Source: Perna viridis
Taxonomy: Eukaryota
Length of the DNA stretch: 64,000 bases
Assembly (NCBI GenBank): GCA_037379345.1
Contig: CM074517.1
Coordinates: 5,022,001-5,086,000 of the forward strand
Reading direction: 5' to 3'
In this document: one piece after another, positions 62,282 through 64,000 of the stretch
How positions within the stretch are numbered: the first letter of the stretch is position 1
How the letters are laid out: every line of letters begins with the position of its first letter
The notes under the pieces: generated by a model
What the model was told of the DNA's origin: nothing
Seen by the model: the letters and a program-made list of their open reading frames with translations, nothing else
Database searches by the model: none
Made by a program: the position numbers and the translations under genes

Positions 62282-64000
62282 ATCTTCTACAATATATTTA
62301 CATTTGAATGTGACAAAACATGAATATGATGTTTATACAGCATGAATTTAGGAGAATAATAATGTGTACCATATACATCAGAAATTTAGCATTTAGTAGG
62401 GTTGACAAATCTCAGTAGACATCCCATAATCTCATCCTTAACTAAAAATATTTTCTCCCTGTTAATGAGTCAAGACGGATTTTTCTTCAGATTTTTTTTT
62501 GCACTTTGAATGAAATTCATAATGAACTAGCAAATCAAGAAACCAAACTGACTTTAGTAATGTCAAAACCCACATGCATGTAAGGCCAAATAACAAAAAG
62601 TCTAAAGTTTCTCTCAGAATTGTTACAAAATCACATTTTCTGAATTTCATTTTTATGGATGTTTGGTGTTTACCGTCCCTTCCAGTTTCAGCATTTATAT
62701 CTACATGAATGATAACATGGCAGAGGCCATGTTCGATTCCCCTGTACTTTCCAATGTGTTGTACAATTGAAACATGCCACATGTATGAATTCAACTAAAG
62801 GAGTGTGCAACAAAAGATAAAAGACATTGTGTCAATAAAATCATATCTCGGTATAGGTATAGCACATGTATGAAAATGTTCAAAGTTTTGTTTTAAACTG
62901 AATTATTTTCCAATCTTCCATCCCTATTTTTTTCCAGGTGGTACTATTTTGTGGGCCTAAAATTGAAACTGAAAGTAAAATTGTATACTGAAAATGTACA
63001 TCTTAAATTATTTGAACTATTCATAACTGTCAAATATTTAACTATTCACATGTTACAGCTTACCCCATTAATATTATTTGGTTCTGTCAAGTTTAAATCT
63101 TATGCTTTAAAACTTTCTGGTATAAAAATGGCTGTATCAGACAACTATTTTTGTTGCACAAGGAAGTTAAATACATAACTAGTGTGTACAGTGACATTAT
63201 AAATAATTCTTAATGCATGTTGTGTACTTGTAAAAAACAATTTATAAAATGTGATGTGAGGGTCTACAGGGAACTACACTGTATAAATTTCTAATAAACA
63301 TACAGAATTAAGTTTCTACTTCCTTAATATTCTATGTGACACTTACATCTGTACATGTTCATGCATTGAATCAGTTTCAAAAAATAAAATAGATAATCAT
63401 GTATTCCAGTGTATGTGAATGTTGTTGTGAAAATTGAAGTTCATTAAAGCTCCATGAAAATGCTTCCATGCAAATGAAGTTTTAAATAAAGGTTTGTGTC
63501 TTATGTTCATATACATGTATTGTATGTACAGAATAAAAGGAACCTTTTAAACAAAGGTCAAAGTAGTCAGTTTCCTTATGTTAAGTAAATTACACTTAAA
63601 AGGTAAAAAGTACATTTTTTTGTACCAATGCCAATGTACACCCATATATTTGTTTATATTTTCTTTTTTCTACTTGCTTATCATTCATGAATATTTAATT
63701 GGAGGGTCTAAATTGGGGTAGATATGCATACCGTCATTAACAGTGATACATGGTCTACATGAAGACTCCAAGTCCTAATGATCACAGCATCCAGTACTTT
63801 GATTCTTATAACACCACATATTATTTTTTTTCTGTATTTACTTTTTAAAAGTAATATGGGCCCAGGCTTTTAGAAATATAAGTAACAATAAAGAGATGCC
63901 CAATATTAAATTGCCAATATTCAACAGTAATAATTAAAAACTTAAATGATAATGTTGGTATATTGCCGTAACACAATATCCAGTCTGCGTGGTGATACAA

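Overview
AT-rich eukaryotic genomic DNA, most likely a bivalve mollusc (inferred from pearl/HINE-type elements, molluscan Penelope-like RT and SINE tail). It is not prokaryotic and has no CRISPR. Four genes can be supported: the terminal exon of a Gli/Ci transcription factor (+, 3043-5504); a 181-aa two-transmembrane RING-H2 E3-ligase-like gene that I assembled by hand and that the ORF track misses (+, 20615-26854); prefoldin subunit 5 with a U12-type intron (+, 34903-41860); and a 16-exon TAX1BP1/CALCOCO-family autophagy receptor (-, 46242-62281). Intergenic and intronic DNA holds a full-length RTE-clade LINE, two Penelope-like fragments, several MITEs/non-autonomous DNA transposons, a structured SINE-like insert and at least seven tandem arrays. 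The most notable observations are (1) an HDV-like ribozyme fold whose predicted cleavage site coincides with the 5' end of the RTE element, (2) an 18-copy tandem amplification of the exon end and splice donor of the RING gene, and (3) Gli-PFDN5-TAX1BP1/CALCOCO linkage echoing vertebrate Hox-linked chromosomes. All exon models were derived manually from splice signals and phase consistency; none was checked against databases.
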